DNA of 35,130 nucleotides from Deltaproteobacteria bacterium. Lineage in GTDB: Bacteria > Desulfobacterota > Binatia > Binatales > Binataceae. The notes beneath the pieces are model-generated. The model saw only the letters and a program-made list of their open reading frames with translations. It was not told the DNA's origin and did no database searches. The position numbers were made by a program, and so were the translations under genes. Each line of letters starts with the position of its first letter. Position 1 is the stretch's first letter. Below are positions 16,689 to 27,742 of the stretch, in pieces. Location of the stretch: the NCBI GenBank assembly GCA_003161515.1, contig PMOH01000323.1:1-35130 (forward strand). The letters run 5' to 3'.

Positions 16689-17726
16689 TTGCCTCAGATG
16701 CGGCTTTCCGAACTCGACTACGAATTGCCTGAAGAACTGATTGCGCAGGAGCCGCTCGCTCGTCGCGACGAGGCGCGCCTGCTCGTGCTCGATCGCAAAT
16801 CCAAGTCAGTCGAGCATTCCCGCTTCTACAAACTCGTCCGCCATCTGCGCGAAGGCGACCTGATCGTGCTCAACGACACTCGAGTGCTGCCGGCGCGCCT
16901 GTTCGCGCAGAAGGAATCGGGCGGCCGCGTCGAGTTGCTGATGGTGCGGCCGGCCAGCGCGGCTGAAGGTCCAAGTGGCGCATGGCTCGCGCTGATTCGC
17001 ACGCATCGTGTGCTCAAAGACAATGCGCGGCTCATCCTGGGTGACGGTCACGTCCTGAGAATCACCGGCTATGCGCGACCGGGACGCCCGGTCGTCGTGG
17101 CAGAGGGAGAGGTGTCGATCGAGCAGATCCTCCAACTCGATGGCATGCTCGCGCTACCTCATTATATACATCGCACCGTCGGGCCCGCCGATCTCGACGA
17201 CTACCAGACCGTGTATGCGTCGCGGCCCGGCGCGATTGCGGCGCCAACCGCGGGCCTGCATTTTACCGACGACGTTTTCAAGGCGCTGGCTGACGCGGGT
17301 ATCCGCACTGCGACGGTGACGCTGCACATCGGTCCCGGCACTTTCGCGCCGGTGCGCGCCCTCGACATCGAGAGTCACACGATGGAATCCGAGTGGTACA
17401 CGATTCCGCCGGCGACGCAGTCGGCGGTCGAGCATGCGCGGCGAATCGGCGGGCGTATCATCACGGTCGGCACCAGTTCGACCCGCGCGCTCGAGTCGTG
17501 GGCGATTACCGGCGACATCGAGGGTTTCACTGGCCTCTTTATTCATCCGGGCTTTCGCTTCAAGCTGGCAGACGCGATGCTGACGAACTTCCACATGCCG
17601 CGCACCACCGTGCTCGCGCTCGTGATGGCGTTTGCGGGACGCGATCAGATTCTCAGTGCGTACCGTGAAGCGATTCGCCATCGCTACCGCTTCCTCAGCT
17701 ACGGCGACGCGATGTTGATCCTGTGA
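16689..17726 (+). CDS. queA: S-adenosylmethionine:tRNA ribosyltransferase-isomerase
   Basis: MRLSELDYELPEELIAQEP, LPHYI, YQTVYA, AAPTAGLHFT, GTSSTRALES and TNFHMPRTTVL are classic QueA motifs. TTG at 16689 lies 7 nt after GAGAGGAG; the ATG at 16698 is an alternative start. Followed by tgt. Confidence 0.93.
   Translation: MPQMRLSELDYELPEELIAQEPLARRDEARLLVLDRKSKSVEHSRFYKLVRHLREGDLIVLNDTRVLPARLFAQKESGGRVELLMVRPASAAEGPSGAWLALIRTHRVLKDNARLILGDGHVLRITGYARPGRPVVVAEGEVSIEQILQLDGMLALPHYIHRTVGPADLDDYQTVYASRPGAIAAPTAGLHFTDDVFKALADAGIRTATVTLHIGPGTFAPVRALDIESHTMESEWYTIPPATQSAVEHARRIGGRIITVGTSSTRALESWAITGDIEGFTGLFIHPGFRFKLADAMLTNFHMPRTTVLALVMAFAGRDQILSAYREAIRHRYRFLSYGDAMLIL
16709..16748 (+). repeat. Right copy of the 40-bp direct repeat (within the intact queA 5' end)
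   Basis: CGAACTCGACTACGAATTGCCTGAAGAACTGATTGCGCAG matches 11063-11102 at 38 of 40 positions. Confidence 0.85.
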
Positions 17727-18856
17727 ACGGCCCGATTGAATTCAGTGTGACTGCGGTCGAAGGCGACGCGCGCACCGGGCGGATAGTAACTCCGCATGGC
17801 GGAGTCGCGACGCCGGCCTTCATGCCGGTTGGCACCCGCGCCGCGGTCAAGGCGATGGCGCCCGACGAGTTGTGGTCGATGGGCTACACGATGGTGCTGG
17901 CCAACGCGTACCATCTCGCGCTTCGTCCGGGCGCCGACCTGGTCCACGAGATGGGCGGCGTCGCGCGCTTCATGGGATTTCCCGGCGCGGTGCTGACTGA
18001 CTCGGGCGGCTTCCAGGCGATGAGCCTGGCGAAGATCAATTCGATCAATGAAGAAGGGATTCACTTTCGATCGCATCTCGACGGCACGCCGCTGATGCTC
18101 ACGCCCGAATCCGCGATCGACATCCAGCAGCAGCTCGGCGCAGATATAATGATGGCACTCGACGAATGCACGCCTTACCCAGCCGAGCATCGCCGCGCGC
18201 TCAAGTCGCTCGAGCTCACCGCGCGATGGGCCGAGCGCAGTCTCGCGGCGCGGGTGAGCACCACCCAAGCGCTGTTCGGAATTATCCAGGGCAGCATCTT
18301 CGAGGATCTCCGCAAGCTGAGCGCGTCGCAGATAACCTCGATTCCGTTCGACGGCTACGCGGCGGGCGGACTTTCAGTCGGTGAGCCGAAGGCTGCGATG
18401 CTCGAAATGGCGGCGCTGTCAGCGTCGATGATGCCGCGCGACCGCCCGCGCTACCTGATGGGCGTCGGCACGCCGTCGGACTTGCTCGCCGCGATTGCGA
18501 TGGGCTTCGACATGTTCGACTGTGTGCTGCCGACGCGAAATGCGCGCAACGGGATGGCCTTCACCAGTGTCGGGCCCGTCTCGATCAAGCAGGCCGCGCA
18601 CGCGCGCGACTCGACCCCGCTCGATCCTGCCTGCGAATGCCGCCCATGCCGGACCCATTCACGCGCCTACCTGCGTCATCTATATTTGTCGGGCGAGATA
18701 CTCGCGGCGCGCGCCTTGACGGAGCATAATCTTCACTTCTTCGCGAGCTTGATGCGCCAGAGCCGGGACGCTATCTCATCCGGTAATTTCGCCGCGTTTG
18801 CGAAAGTTCTTTCAGGAGAAATGAACCCCGGTGATCAAGTTTTTGATCGATCGTAA
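17723..18856 (+). CDS. tgt: tRNA-guanine(34) transglycosylase, 377 aa
   Basis: Motifs TPAFMPVGT, LTDSGGFQ, MALDEC, GIIQGS, RYLMGVGTP and FDCVLPTRNARNG, plus zinc site CECRPC..H. The GTG start overlaps the queA stop (GTGA at 17723-17726). Confidence 0.95.
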   Translation: MNGPIEFSVTAVEGDARTGRIVTPHGGVATPAFMPVGTRAAVKAMAPDELWSMGYTMVLANAYHLALRPGADLVHEMGGVARFMGFPGAVLTDSGGFQAMSLAKINSINEEGIHFRSHLDGTPLMLTPESAIDIQQQLGADIMMALDECTPYPAEHRRALKSLELTARWAERSLAARVSTTQALFGIIQGSIFEDLRKLSASQITSIPFDGYAAGGLSVGEPKAAMLEMAALSASMMPRDRPRYLMGVGTPSDLLAAIAMGFDMFDCVLPTRNARNGMAFTSVGPVSIKQAAHARDSTPLDPACECRPCRTHSRAYLRHLYLSGEILAARALTEHNLHFFASLMRQSRDAISSGNFAAFAKVLSGEMNPGDQVFDRS

Positions 18857-18868
18857 GGACGTGATCTG

Positions 18869-19228
18869 ATGTTGTTCGAAGGTACCGCATGGGCGCAGGC
18901 CGCCGCCGGCACGCCGGCCGACCAACCGTCGTTTGTGCAGCAGTTGATGACGGGGCCGGGGCCGATCATGGCGCTGGTCGTCGCCGTCATGTACTTCCTG
19001 GTCTTCCGGCCGCAGAACAAGAAGGCGCAGGAGCAGGCGAAGATGCTGAGCACGCTCAAGCGCAACGACGAAGTCGTGACCACAGGTGGGATCATCGGGC
19101 GCATTCAGGACGCCGGCGACAAAGTGATCACGCTCGAAGTTGCGCCCAACGTCAGGCTGCGGGTCGAGCGATCGCAAATCGCGGGGCTCTCGACTTACAA
19201 GGCATCCGCGAAGAAAGACGACAAGTAG
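18869..19228 (+). CDS. yajC: Preprotein translocase subunit YajC, 119 aa
   Basis: One TM segment (IMALVVAVMYFLVF) followed by RPQNKKAQEQAKMLSTLKRNDEVVTTGGIIGRI, the YajC signature. Canonical position between tgt and secD. Confidence 0.88.
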   Translation: MLFEGTAWAQAAAGTPADQPSFVQQLMTGPGPIMALVVAVMYFLVFRPQNKKAQEQAKMLSTLKRNDEVVTTGGIIGRIQDAGDKVITLEVAPNVRLRVERSQIAGLSTYKASAKKDDK

Positions 19229-19241
19229 AGGCTTCATCAAA

Positions 19242-20906
19242 GTGGACCAGACTCAAAGTTTCGGACCGATCCTGATTCTGCTCGTCCTGATCGTGTCCTT
19301 TCTCTACATGCATTTCACCAACGGCAGCGGCCTCACGCGCATCTACATCGCGGGCGCGATCGTGCTGGCGGCGATTCTCATCCTGCTGCCGAGCCTCAAC
19401 GTCGATCTGCCCGATTGGTTCAAAGCCGGTTTCGGCGCGACCAAAATTCAGCTCGGCCTCGACTTGCAGGGCGGGACCCATCTGCTGATGGCGGTGAAGC
19501 TCGACGAGGCGGTGAAAACGCAACTGCGCCGCCGCGCCGACGACCTCAAGAAAGAGCTCAAGGACAACAAGATAGATTTCCAGGACATCGCGGTTGACGA
19601 TTCCGGCAATCTGATCGTCAAGCTGAAATCGAGCGCCGATCGCACCCCGTTCCTCGACCTCGCGCAGAAGTCCTACCCGGATTTGACCGTGTCGAGCAAC
19701 ACCGATTCGTCTGGTCCCGGGCCGGCCTATTCGCTCGCCTACAAGCCGCAGGAGTTGCAGACGATTCGCTCGAATGCGATGGACCAGGCGCTCGAAACGA
19801 TTCGCAATCGAATCGACCAGCTAGGCGTGAAAGAAACTACCGTCGCGAAAGAGGGCGACAGCGAGATTTTAGTGCAGCTCCCCGGTATCCAGGATCCCGA
19901 GCGCGCCAAGGAACTGATCGGCAAAACCGCGGTGCTAGAATTCAAGCTGGTTGACGATACCAACAATGTGCAGGACGCGATCAAGAACGGTCCTCCGCCC
20001 GGCGACGAGATCCTCTACGGCACTTCCGAGCGCGGCGGCCGCGAGCCGTACCTGGTCGAGTCGCCCGTGCTGATGACCGGTGACACCGTTACCGACGCGC
20101 GCGTGCGTCCGGGTGCGCGGCTCGAAGGCCCGTACGTTGCGGTCGAGCTCGACAATCGCGGCGCGGGAATCTTCGACGCGATGACCTCGGAAAACGTCGG
20201 GCGTCGCCTCGCGATCGTGCTGGACAAAACCGTTTACTCCGCACCCGTCATCAAGGAGCGAATCCCCGGCGGTCACGTGCAGATAACCGGACGCTTCTCG
20301 ATGGACGATGCGCACGATCTCGCGATCGTGTTGCGCTCGGGCGCGCTGCCGGCCCCGGTCGAAATCGAAGAGGAGCGCACCGTCGGTCCGTCGCTCGGCC
20401 GCGATTCGATTCGCCAGGGCGAGATGTCATTCGTGATTGGCGCGGGCGCCGTGCTGATCTTCATGGCGGTGTACTACAGTGGCGCCGGCTTGCTCGCGGA
20501 TTTTGGATTGTCGCTGAACATCCTGTTGCTGATCTGTGTGATGGCAGCGCTCGGCGCGACGCTCACCTTGCCCGGTATCGCGGGAATCGTGCTGACGCTC
20601 GGCATGTCGGTGGACGCCAACGTGCTGGTGAACGAGCGCATGCGCGAGGAGTTGCGCAACGGCAAGTCGCCGCGCGAGGCGGTCAAGCTCGGCTACGAGC
20701 GCGCGTGGTCGGCGATTCGCGACTCGAATATTTCGACCTTCGCGGCGGGTCTGATCCTGTTCCAGTTTGGAACCGGCCCCGTCAAAGGTTTCGCTGTCAC
20801 ATTGTGTGTTGGAGTGCTGACCGGCCTGTTTTCCTGTATTGTAGTTACACGGGCATGGTACGATTACAAAATTCAGACGCGCAAGTTGACCCAAATTAGC
20901 GTTTAG
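19242..20906 (+). CDS. secD: Protein translocase subunit SecD, 554 aa
   Basis: N-terminal TM segment, periplasmic domain with LGLDLQGGTHLL, TVGPSLG, and 5 C-terminal TM segments. A GTG at 19242 lies just after the yajC stop; the ORF-track start at 19140 overlaps yajC. No secF follows. Confidence 0.9.
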   Translation: MDQTQSFGPILILLVLIVSFLYMHFTNGSGLTRIYIAGAIVLAAILILLPSLNVDLPDWFKAGFGATKIQLGLDLQGGTHLLMAVKLDEAVKTQLRRRADDLKKELKDNKIDFQDIAVDDSGNLIVKLKSSADRTPFLDLAQKSYPDLTVSSNTDSSGPGPAYSLAYKPQELQTIRSNAMDQALETIRNRIDQLGVKETTVAKEGDSEILVQLPGIQDPERAKELIGKTAVLEFKLVDDTNNVQDAIKNGPPPGDEILYGTSERGGREPYLVESPVLMTGDTVTDARVRPGARLEGPYVAVELDNRGAGIFDAMTSENVGRRLAIVLDKTVYSAPVIKERIPGGHVQITGRFSMDDAHDLAIVLRSGALPAPVEIEEERTVGPSLGRDSIRQGEMSFVIGAGAVLIFMAVYYSGAGLLADFGLSLNILLLICVMAALGATLTLPGIAGIVLTLGMSVDANVLVNERMREELRNGKSPREAVKLGYERAWSAIRDSNISTFAAGLILFQFGTGPVKGFAVTLCVGVLTGLFSCIVVTRAWYDYKIQTRKLTQISV

Positions 20907-21066
20907 TCACCGTTAATTGCGTTATAAGATGTAAAATTGAACGACTTCGACGGCTTGTTTGTAAACTTTCGGGTGATCGGCGACTTTTACCTTGACTTCG
21001 GCCGTGGGCGCATATTACAAAATCGCGTCCCGACAAAATCCCTGAAAGGCGTCTTGTTGGACTCGC

Positions 21067-21261
21067 ATGGCCGATAAAGACGACATACTGCTGAACTCCC
21101 GCGAAGTCGCGTTCCTGCTCGACCTGAGCCCGGACACCGTGAATGAGTTTGCACGGCGCAACATTATTCCGGCGTTTAAAAAAGGGCGCCAGTGGCGATT
21201 TCGCAAACGAGATATAACTTCTGTCAAACGTCAGTTGCGGGGAATCAACGCCGCCGCCTGA
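21067..21261 (+). CDS. Excisionase-family (MerR-like) helix-turn-helix DNA-binding protein, 64 aa
   Basis: LLNSREVAFLLDLSPDTVNEFARRNIIPAFKKGRQWRFRKRDI matches the small excisionase-family HTH pattern (..t..eaA..Lgvs..tv..l...G.lp..k.Gr.wrf....l). Sits in an AT-richer gap directly after secD. Confidence 0.7.
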   Translation: MADKDDILLNSREVAFLLDLSPDTVNEFARRNIIPAFKKGRQWRFRKRDITSVKRQLRGINAAA

Positions 21262-21329
21262 CGCGACGCGCGAAGATTTCTGTCACCCACTGATCGTTTG
21301 GGCTGTCTCCAACCCCAGGGAGTCTCCCA

Positions 21330-21947
21330 ATGTCCCAGCCGCACGAAAGCCGCGTTTACTCCCACCTCGCACGCTTCTACGATTTTTTCTTCGGCCGCGT
21401 TTTCGTCGATCGCGAGCATGAGGTTATCGAGAGCCTGAATCTCAGGCCCGGCAACCGCGTGCTCGAAGTCGGCGTGGGCACCGGAATCGCGCTCGATGGA
21501 TACCCGCCGTATGCGCACGTCATCGGGATCGACCCGTCGGCCGACATGCTCGCGCGCGCACAGAAGCGTGTCACTGCGAACAATTGGAAGCATATCGAGC
21601 TCAGCCTTGGTGACGCGCTGAATCTCGACTACCCTGACAACAATTTCGACTACGTCACTTCGTTCCACGTGTTGACGGTGGTGCCCGATCCGTACCGCAT
21701 GATGGCCGAGATGGTGCGCGTGTGTAAGCCCGGCGGGCGCATCGCGATGACAACCCACTTCCAGAGCTCGAACAAGGCGATCGCGGCGCTCAACACGGTT
21801 GTGAATCCAGTCGCGCGGCAACTGGGATGGACCACCAAGCTGCGCAAGCAGGACGTGCTCAAGGGCCATCCGATCACGCTCGAGCGCAACGAAAAAATCA
21901 GTCCGATGTCGGTGCATACGGTGATCGTCGCGCGCAAGAACGCCTGA
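21330..21947 (+). CDS. Class I SAM-dependent methyltransferase, Rhodobacter-type PmtA-like (possible phospholipid N-methyltransferase), 205 aa
   Basis: SAM motif I VLEVGVGTGIAL, post-I GIDPSADML, and PDNNFDYVTSFHVLTVVPDP...CKPGGRI. The overall layout (YDFFFG near the N-terminus, ~200 aa) resembles PmtA-family enzymes. Substrate not proven. Confidence 0.8.
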   Translation: MSQPHESRVYSHLARFYDFFFGRVFVDREHEVIESLNLRPGNRVLEVGVGTGIALDGYPPYAHVIGIDPSADMLARAQKRVTANNWKHIELSLGDALNLDYPDNNFDYVTSFHVLTVVPDPYRMMAEMVRVCKPGGRIAMTTHFQSSNKAIAALNTVVNPVARQLGWTTKLRKQDVLKGHPITLERNEKISPMSVHTVIVARKNA

Positions 21948-21950
21948 GGC

Positions 21951-22925
21951 GTGCGCGCTGACGACGAGATAGCGCTCGGCCGCTGGCATCGCCTTGCCGC
22001 TGAACTGATCACGCTCATCTATATTGCGGTGATTGCCGAGATCGCGTCGGCAACCGGCGCCTTCTACGTGATGTTCCCGGAGCTCGGCGCGCTGTCGCAC
22101 GACGTCCTCACGCGGCCCCGTGGTACCTGGGCGCGTTCGCCGCTGATGCTTGCGATCACGCCCTTCCTCACGGCGGTGATCGGAATCGTCTTCACGCGGA
22201 TACTTCCGTATGGCTTCGTCTCGGTCCTGCTCACGGTGGGAAGCGCAGTCGCGCTGATAATGCTGCTAAGGTCGCCGATCGCGCCGGCGATTTCTGCCGG
22301 CCTTTTGCCGCTCGTGCTGGGAGTCAAAAGCTGGTGGTATCCACCGGGCGTTCTGCTTGGAACGGTGCTTTTGTGTGCGCTTTCAATCCTGTGGGAAAGG
22401 ATTAGCGTCGCACAAAACTGGCTTGAGCCACTCACCGCGGCAGACGTGGTCGATGAAACGCTGGAACAGAATCCCGCCACATCTTATTGGCTGGTCGCAC
22501 TGATGCTGTTCGTGGCGATGGCGGTGCTCGTCGTCAAGCTGACCGGTCTGCGCTTCGTGCTTTTTCCCCCGCTGGTCGTTATCGGATTCGAAATGTTCGG
22601 CCACACCGCCATCTGTCCGTGGGCCAAGCGACCACTGTTTTTGCCGGCCGCTTGTTTTCTGACCGCCGCCGGTGGATTGCTCTTCTGGAATCTGCTCGGA
22701 GTCGGACCGGTCGCCGCCGGATGCAGTATCGCATGTGGAATGGCGGTGCTGCGCTTGTTCGATTTGCACGTACCGCCTGCGCTCGCGGTCGGCCTGATTC
22801 CCTTCGTGATGGATTCCCCGACTATCGCCTACCCAATCTCGGTCGGAATCGGCACGCTGCTGATGACGCTATGGTTTCTACTCTACCAATCGTTCTTTCG
22901 CAGGTACGAGCGCGAGTATCATTAG
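21951..22925 (+). CDS. Polytopic membrane protein with internal two-fold repeat (HPP-family-like), 324 aa
   Basis: About 8 hydrophobic segments. The two halves align: FPELGAL...SPIAPAISAGLLPLVLG versus FPPLVVI...LHVPPALAVGLIPFVM. GTG start 3 nt after the methyltransferase stop. Family assignment is tentative. Confidence 0.6.
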   Translation: MRADDEIALGRWHRLAAELITLIYIAVIAEIASATGAFYVMFPELGALSHDVLTRPRGTWARSPLMLAITPFLTAVIGIVFTRILPYGFVSVLLTVGSAVALIMLLRSPIAPAISAGLLPLVLGVKSWWYPPGVLLGTVLLCALSILWERISVAQNWLEPLTAADVVDETLEQNPATSYWLVALMLFVAMAVLVVKLTGLRFVLFPPLVVIGFEMFGHTAICPWAKRPLFLPAACFLTAAGGLLFWNLLGVGPVAAGCSIACGMAVLRLFDLHVPPALAVGLIPFVMDSPTIAYPISVGIGTLLMTLWFLLYQSFFRRYEREYH

Positions 22926-22940
22926 GTCAGCAAAGCAGTA

Positions 22941-23023
22941 ATCCGAATGAGCTGGTCGAGCGCAACGAAAAAATCAGCCCGATGTCGGCGGATACAACGA
23001 TCTTCGCGCGCAAGAATTCTTAG
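22941..23023 (+). pseudogene. Relic of a methyltransferase 3' end (encodes NPNELVERNEKISPMSADTTIFARKNS*)
   Basis: 22955-23023 aligns without gaps to 21879-21947 (56 of 69 identical, 13 mismatches by hand count). It keeps the frame and has its own stop, compare LERNEKISPMSVHTVIVARKNA*. There is no upstream methyltransferase body, since the membrane gene ends 15 nt before it. Confidence 0.65.
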
Positions 23024-23129
23024 CTCGACGTCTTACCGGCAGCCATCGCTCGCTGGACGGTTCTTTGGGGCACGCGCGCAACACTAAGGCGCGACTCGCG
23101 GTTGTCCCTGCTCGGATTAAGTCGGACCA

Positions 23130-23833
23130 TTGATCAAATCCCGTCTCCAGATTGAGCAGCGCCCAAAATGCCAGATCCAGAAGACAAAAGTGCCATTCGC
23201 AATTAAACTGCGAACTCTGGCGCTCCGACGCCTGCTCGAACCATCGGTGCGAAAATTCCTCGTGACCCGGATGTCGCGCGACGAGGCTGGCAGAACGCTT
23301 GAAGCCGTGTGGCGCGGCTATTCCGAATCAGCTTCGGCGGTTCCAAAGGGCGAAGGCTTCGGTCCTACGCAGGTTCTTCATCTCGCCGCGATTACGATCG
23401 CACTCCATCAGGCACTGACCGACTCTGGACGCAGTGACGAAGCCGCCACGCAAATCGTCGTGGATGTTGGATGGGTGGTCTATCGGAAAATGGGCGCAGT
23501 CGCTTGGATGCTCAGTCGTACCGCAGGAAAAGACCAGCTTCAAAGAATGAGAGCCGCGACACAGATGTTCCGGCGCTTCCCGTTCAGTTCGCCGGCATAT
23601 CAGTGGAAGGAGGTCGCCGCTGAAGCGAACGTGGTCGCGTTTGATTGCGTGCGCTGTCCCGCGGCACAATACTTCGCATCGAGGAACAGGTCGGCGCTCT
23701 GTGTTCAAACCTTTTGCAATCTGGATTTTCCGCTCGCCAAGGATTGGGGAGCCGAGCTTGAACGAAGCGGATCTATCGCCGGTGGCGCGGAACGCTGCGA
23801 TTTCCGATGGCGTCACGGCGCAAAGCATCCGAC

Positions 23834-23837
<4 letters not shown>
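23130..23837 (+). CDS. L-2-amino-thiazoline-4-carboxylic acid hydrolase-like family protein (start uncertain), up to 235 aa
   Basis: The C-terminal Cys pattern [10 protein letters not shown]...[17 protein letters not shown]...GAERCDFRW is what I associate with the ATC-hydrolase-like family. TTG at 23130 or ATG at 23271. The stop overlaps the ATPase start (ATGA at 23834-23837). Confidence 0.55.
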
Positions 23838-26314
<2,477 letters not shown>

Positions 26315-26356
26315 CTCTGAGCGTCGAGGTTTGGGTCACGTTGACAACTCGATCTC

Positions 26357-26779
26357 ATGTCGATAGCTGTTGAGTCGCCGACAAGAAGCGAACGCAGCGT
26401 GGCTGAATCGAACAAACCCGACTCTGAGTCTCAAGAGAACGACGAACGCGTCGAGCAGCTAGCCAAGGAGCTGGCCGACCGTCTGCGCGCGATGCCTAAT
26501 CGGCAGGAACTCACCGACTATGCGGTGAGCCTGCTGAAAGAAAGCAACGAAGACGCGGGCACGTCCGAGCAGGCGGCCGCGATGGTCGAGCGGGCGGCGC
26601 GCAACGATCCTTTCAACCCGATCGCATTCGCAATCCCACTATTCGTGATCGGCGCCGTCCTGTGCGCGACGGGAATCCTCGCCGGCGTCGGCCTGGGCGT
26701 AATCGGAATCGCAGTACTGATGGTGCTGTGGGGCCTGATCGTCGCCTTCTTCAGCCGCTTCCGCCGCGGCGCCGAATAA
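26357..26779 (+). CDS. Hypothetical protein with acidic soluble N-terminus and two C-terminal TM helices, 140 aa
   Basis: ORF 42 nt downstream of copA with good third-position G+C. TM segments IAFAIPLFVIGAVLCATGILAGV and GVIGIAVLMVLWGLIVAFF. No family recognised. Confidence 0.5.
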   Translation: MSIAVESPTRSERSVAESNKPDSESQENDERVEQLAKELADRLRAMPNRQELTDYAVSLLKESNEDAGTSEQAAAMVERAARNDPFNPIAFAIPLFVIGAVLCATGILAGVGLGVIGIAVLMVLWGLIVAFFSRFRRGAE

Positions 26780-26965
26780 GCCCTATTCGTCTCCTCGTTT
26801 GAGTTAAGCGTGGCGCAGCGATAGCTAAGTGGCTGCCATGTGCGATTAGTCCAGCCCTCGGGCGCTTCCCAACGTTGCGAAGGTGAATAGCGAGACTGGC
26901 GTTTCGAGCCCGCCGGGGGACTGATTCGCGCAGGAGTGTGCGCTCTGTCCAGGGAGGGACCAGAG

Positions 26966-27742
26966 ATGAAACGGAAGCTATCAGCAGTAGTGTTTTTTGC
27001 GGCGGCGGCGATGCTCGCGTGCGCCGCATCGGCGGGCGCGGTGGACGGCACCATCGAGATCAACCAGGCGAAGGTGCTGGCGGGGAGCGGGTTTCCCTAC
27101 TTTATCACCAGCAGCGGAAGCTACCGCCTTACCGGCAATCTCACAGTTTCGGCGGCTTTCGACGCAATCGATGTGACAGCGAACAACGTCACCATCGATT
27201 TGAACGGGTTCTCGATTGTCGGAGCCGGCGGTGGTTTCGGAATTAATGCGTCAGGAAATAACGACGTTACGGTGGAAAACGGGGCGGTCACCGGATTCAC
27301 CAATGGTGTTGACGTGGGAACCTCCGGCATCGTCAGAAACGTGCACGCCGATGGGAACACAGGTGGCATCTTTGGAGGGAACAACACCGTGATCGAAGGT
27401 TGCACGGCAAACAGCTCTACTACATTCAACGGAATAACCTGCGCCGCGGGGTGTGCGATCTCGGGCAATACGGCCAACGGCAATGCTGGCGTCGGCATTA
27501 ATTCCGGCAACGGGTCCGTGATTTCCGGCAATACTGCGTTCCACAACACCAGCAACGCGGGTATCAACTGCTTCGGGAGCGGATGTCTGATCACCGGCAA
27601 TACTGCTTTCAACAACAGCATTGGCATCGCCGCAAGTGATGGAACTACTGGCTACGCAGGGAATGTGCTGGACCAAACCACGAACGTCGGGGGGGGGACC
27701 AACCTCGGCCACAATCTCTGTAGCGGAACCATCTGTCCGTAG
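26966..27742 (+). CDS. Secreted right-handed parallel beta-helix repeat protein, 258 aa
   Basis: The ATG at 26966 is preceded by AGGGAGGGA. Signal peptide MKRKLSAVVFFAAAAMLACAASAGA. About 22-aa turns recur with I-x-G-N-T-A-x-x-N (ISGNTANGN, ISGNTAFHN, ITGNTAFNN). Confidence 0.75.
   Translation: MKRKLSAVVFFAAAAMLACAASAGAVDGTIEINQAKVLAGSGFPYFITSSGSYRLTGNLTVSAAFDAIDVTANNVTIDLNGFSIVGAGGGFGINASGNNDVTVENGAVTGFTNGVDVGTSGIVRNVHADGNTGGIFGGNNTVIEGCTANSSTTFNGITCAAGCAISGNTANGNAGVGINSGNGSVISGNTAFHNTSNAGINCFGSGCLITGNTAFNNSIGIAASDGTTGYAGNVLDQTTNVGGGTNLGHNLCSGTICP

Noticed and set aside
11103-16708. Calling the queA-bracketed segment a mobile element.
   Set aside because: No integrase, transposase, excisionase or terminal inverted repeats are visible inside it. 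Only the flanking direct repeat supports mobility, so it is reported as a finding and not annotated as a mobile_element.
20992-21020. Possible sigma70-type promoter (TTGACT ... TATTAC/TTACAA) upstream of the excisionase-like gene.
   Set aside because: The -10 candidates are poor (2-4 of 6 matches), and spacing is either too short (15 nt) or pairs with the weakest hexamer. Not supportable from sequence alone.
26780-26965. 186-nt intergenic region before the beta-helix gene, and 9433-9709 before the ThDP enzyme, checked for riboswitch or tRNA-like features.
   Set aside because: I could not recognise any cloverleaf, TPP-riboswitch core or other conserved RNA motif by eye. Covariance-model searches (Infernal/Rfam, tRNAscan-SE) would be needed.
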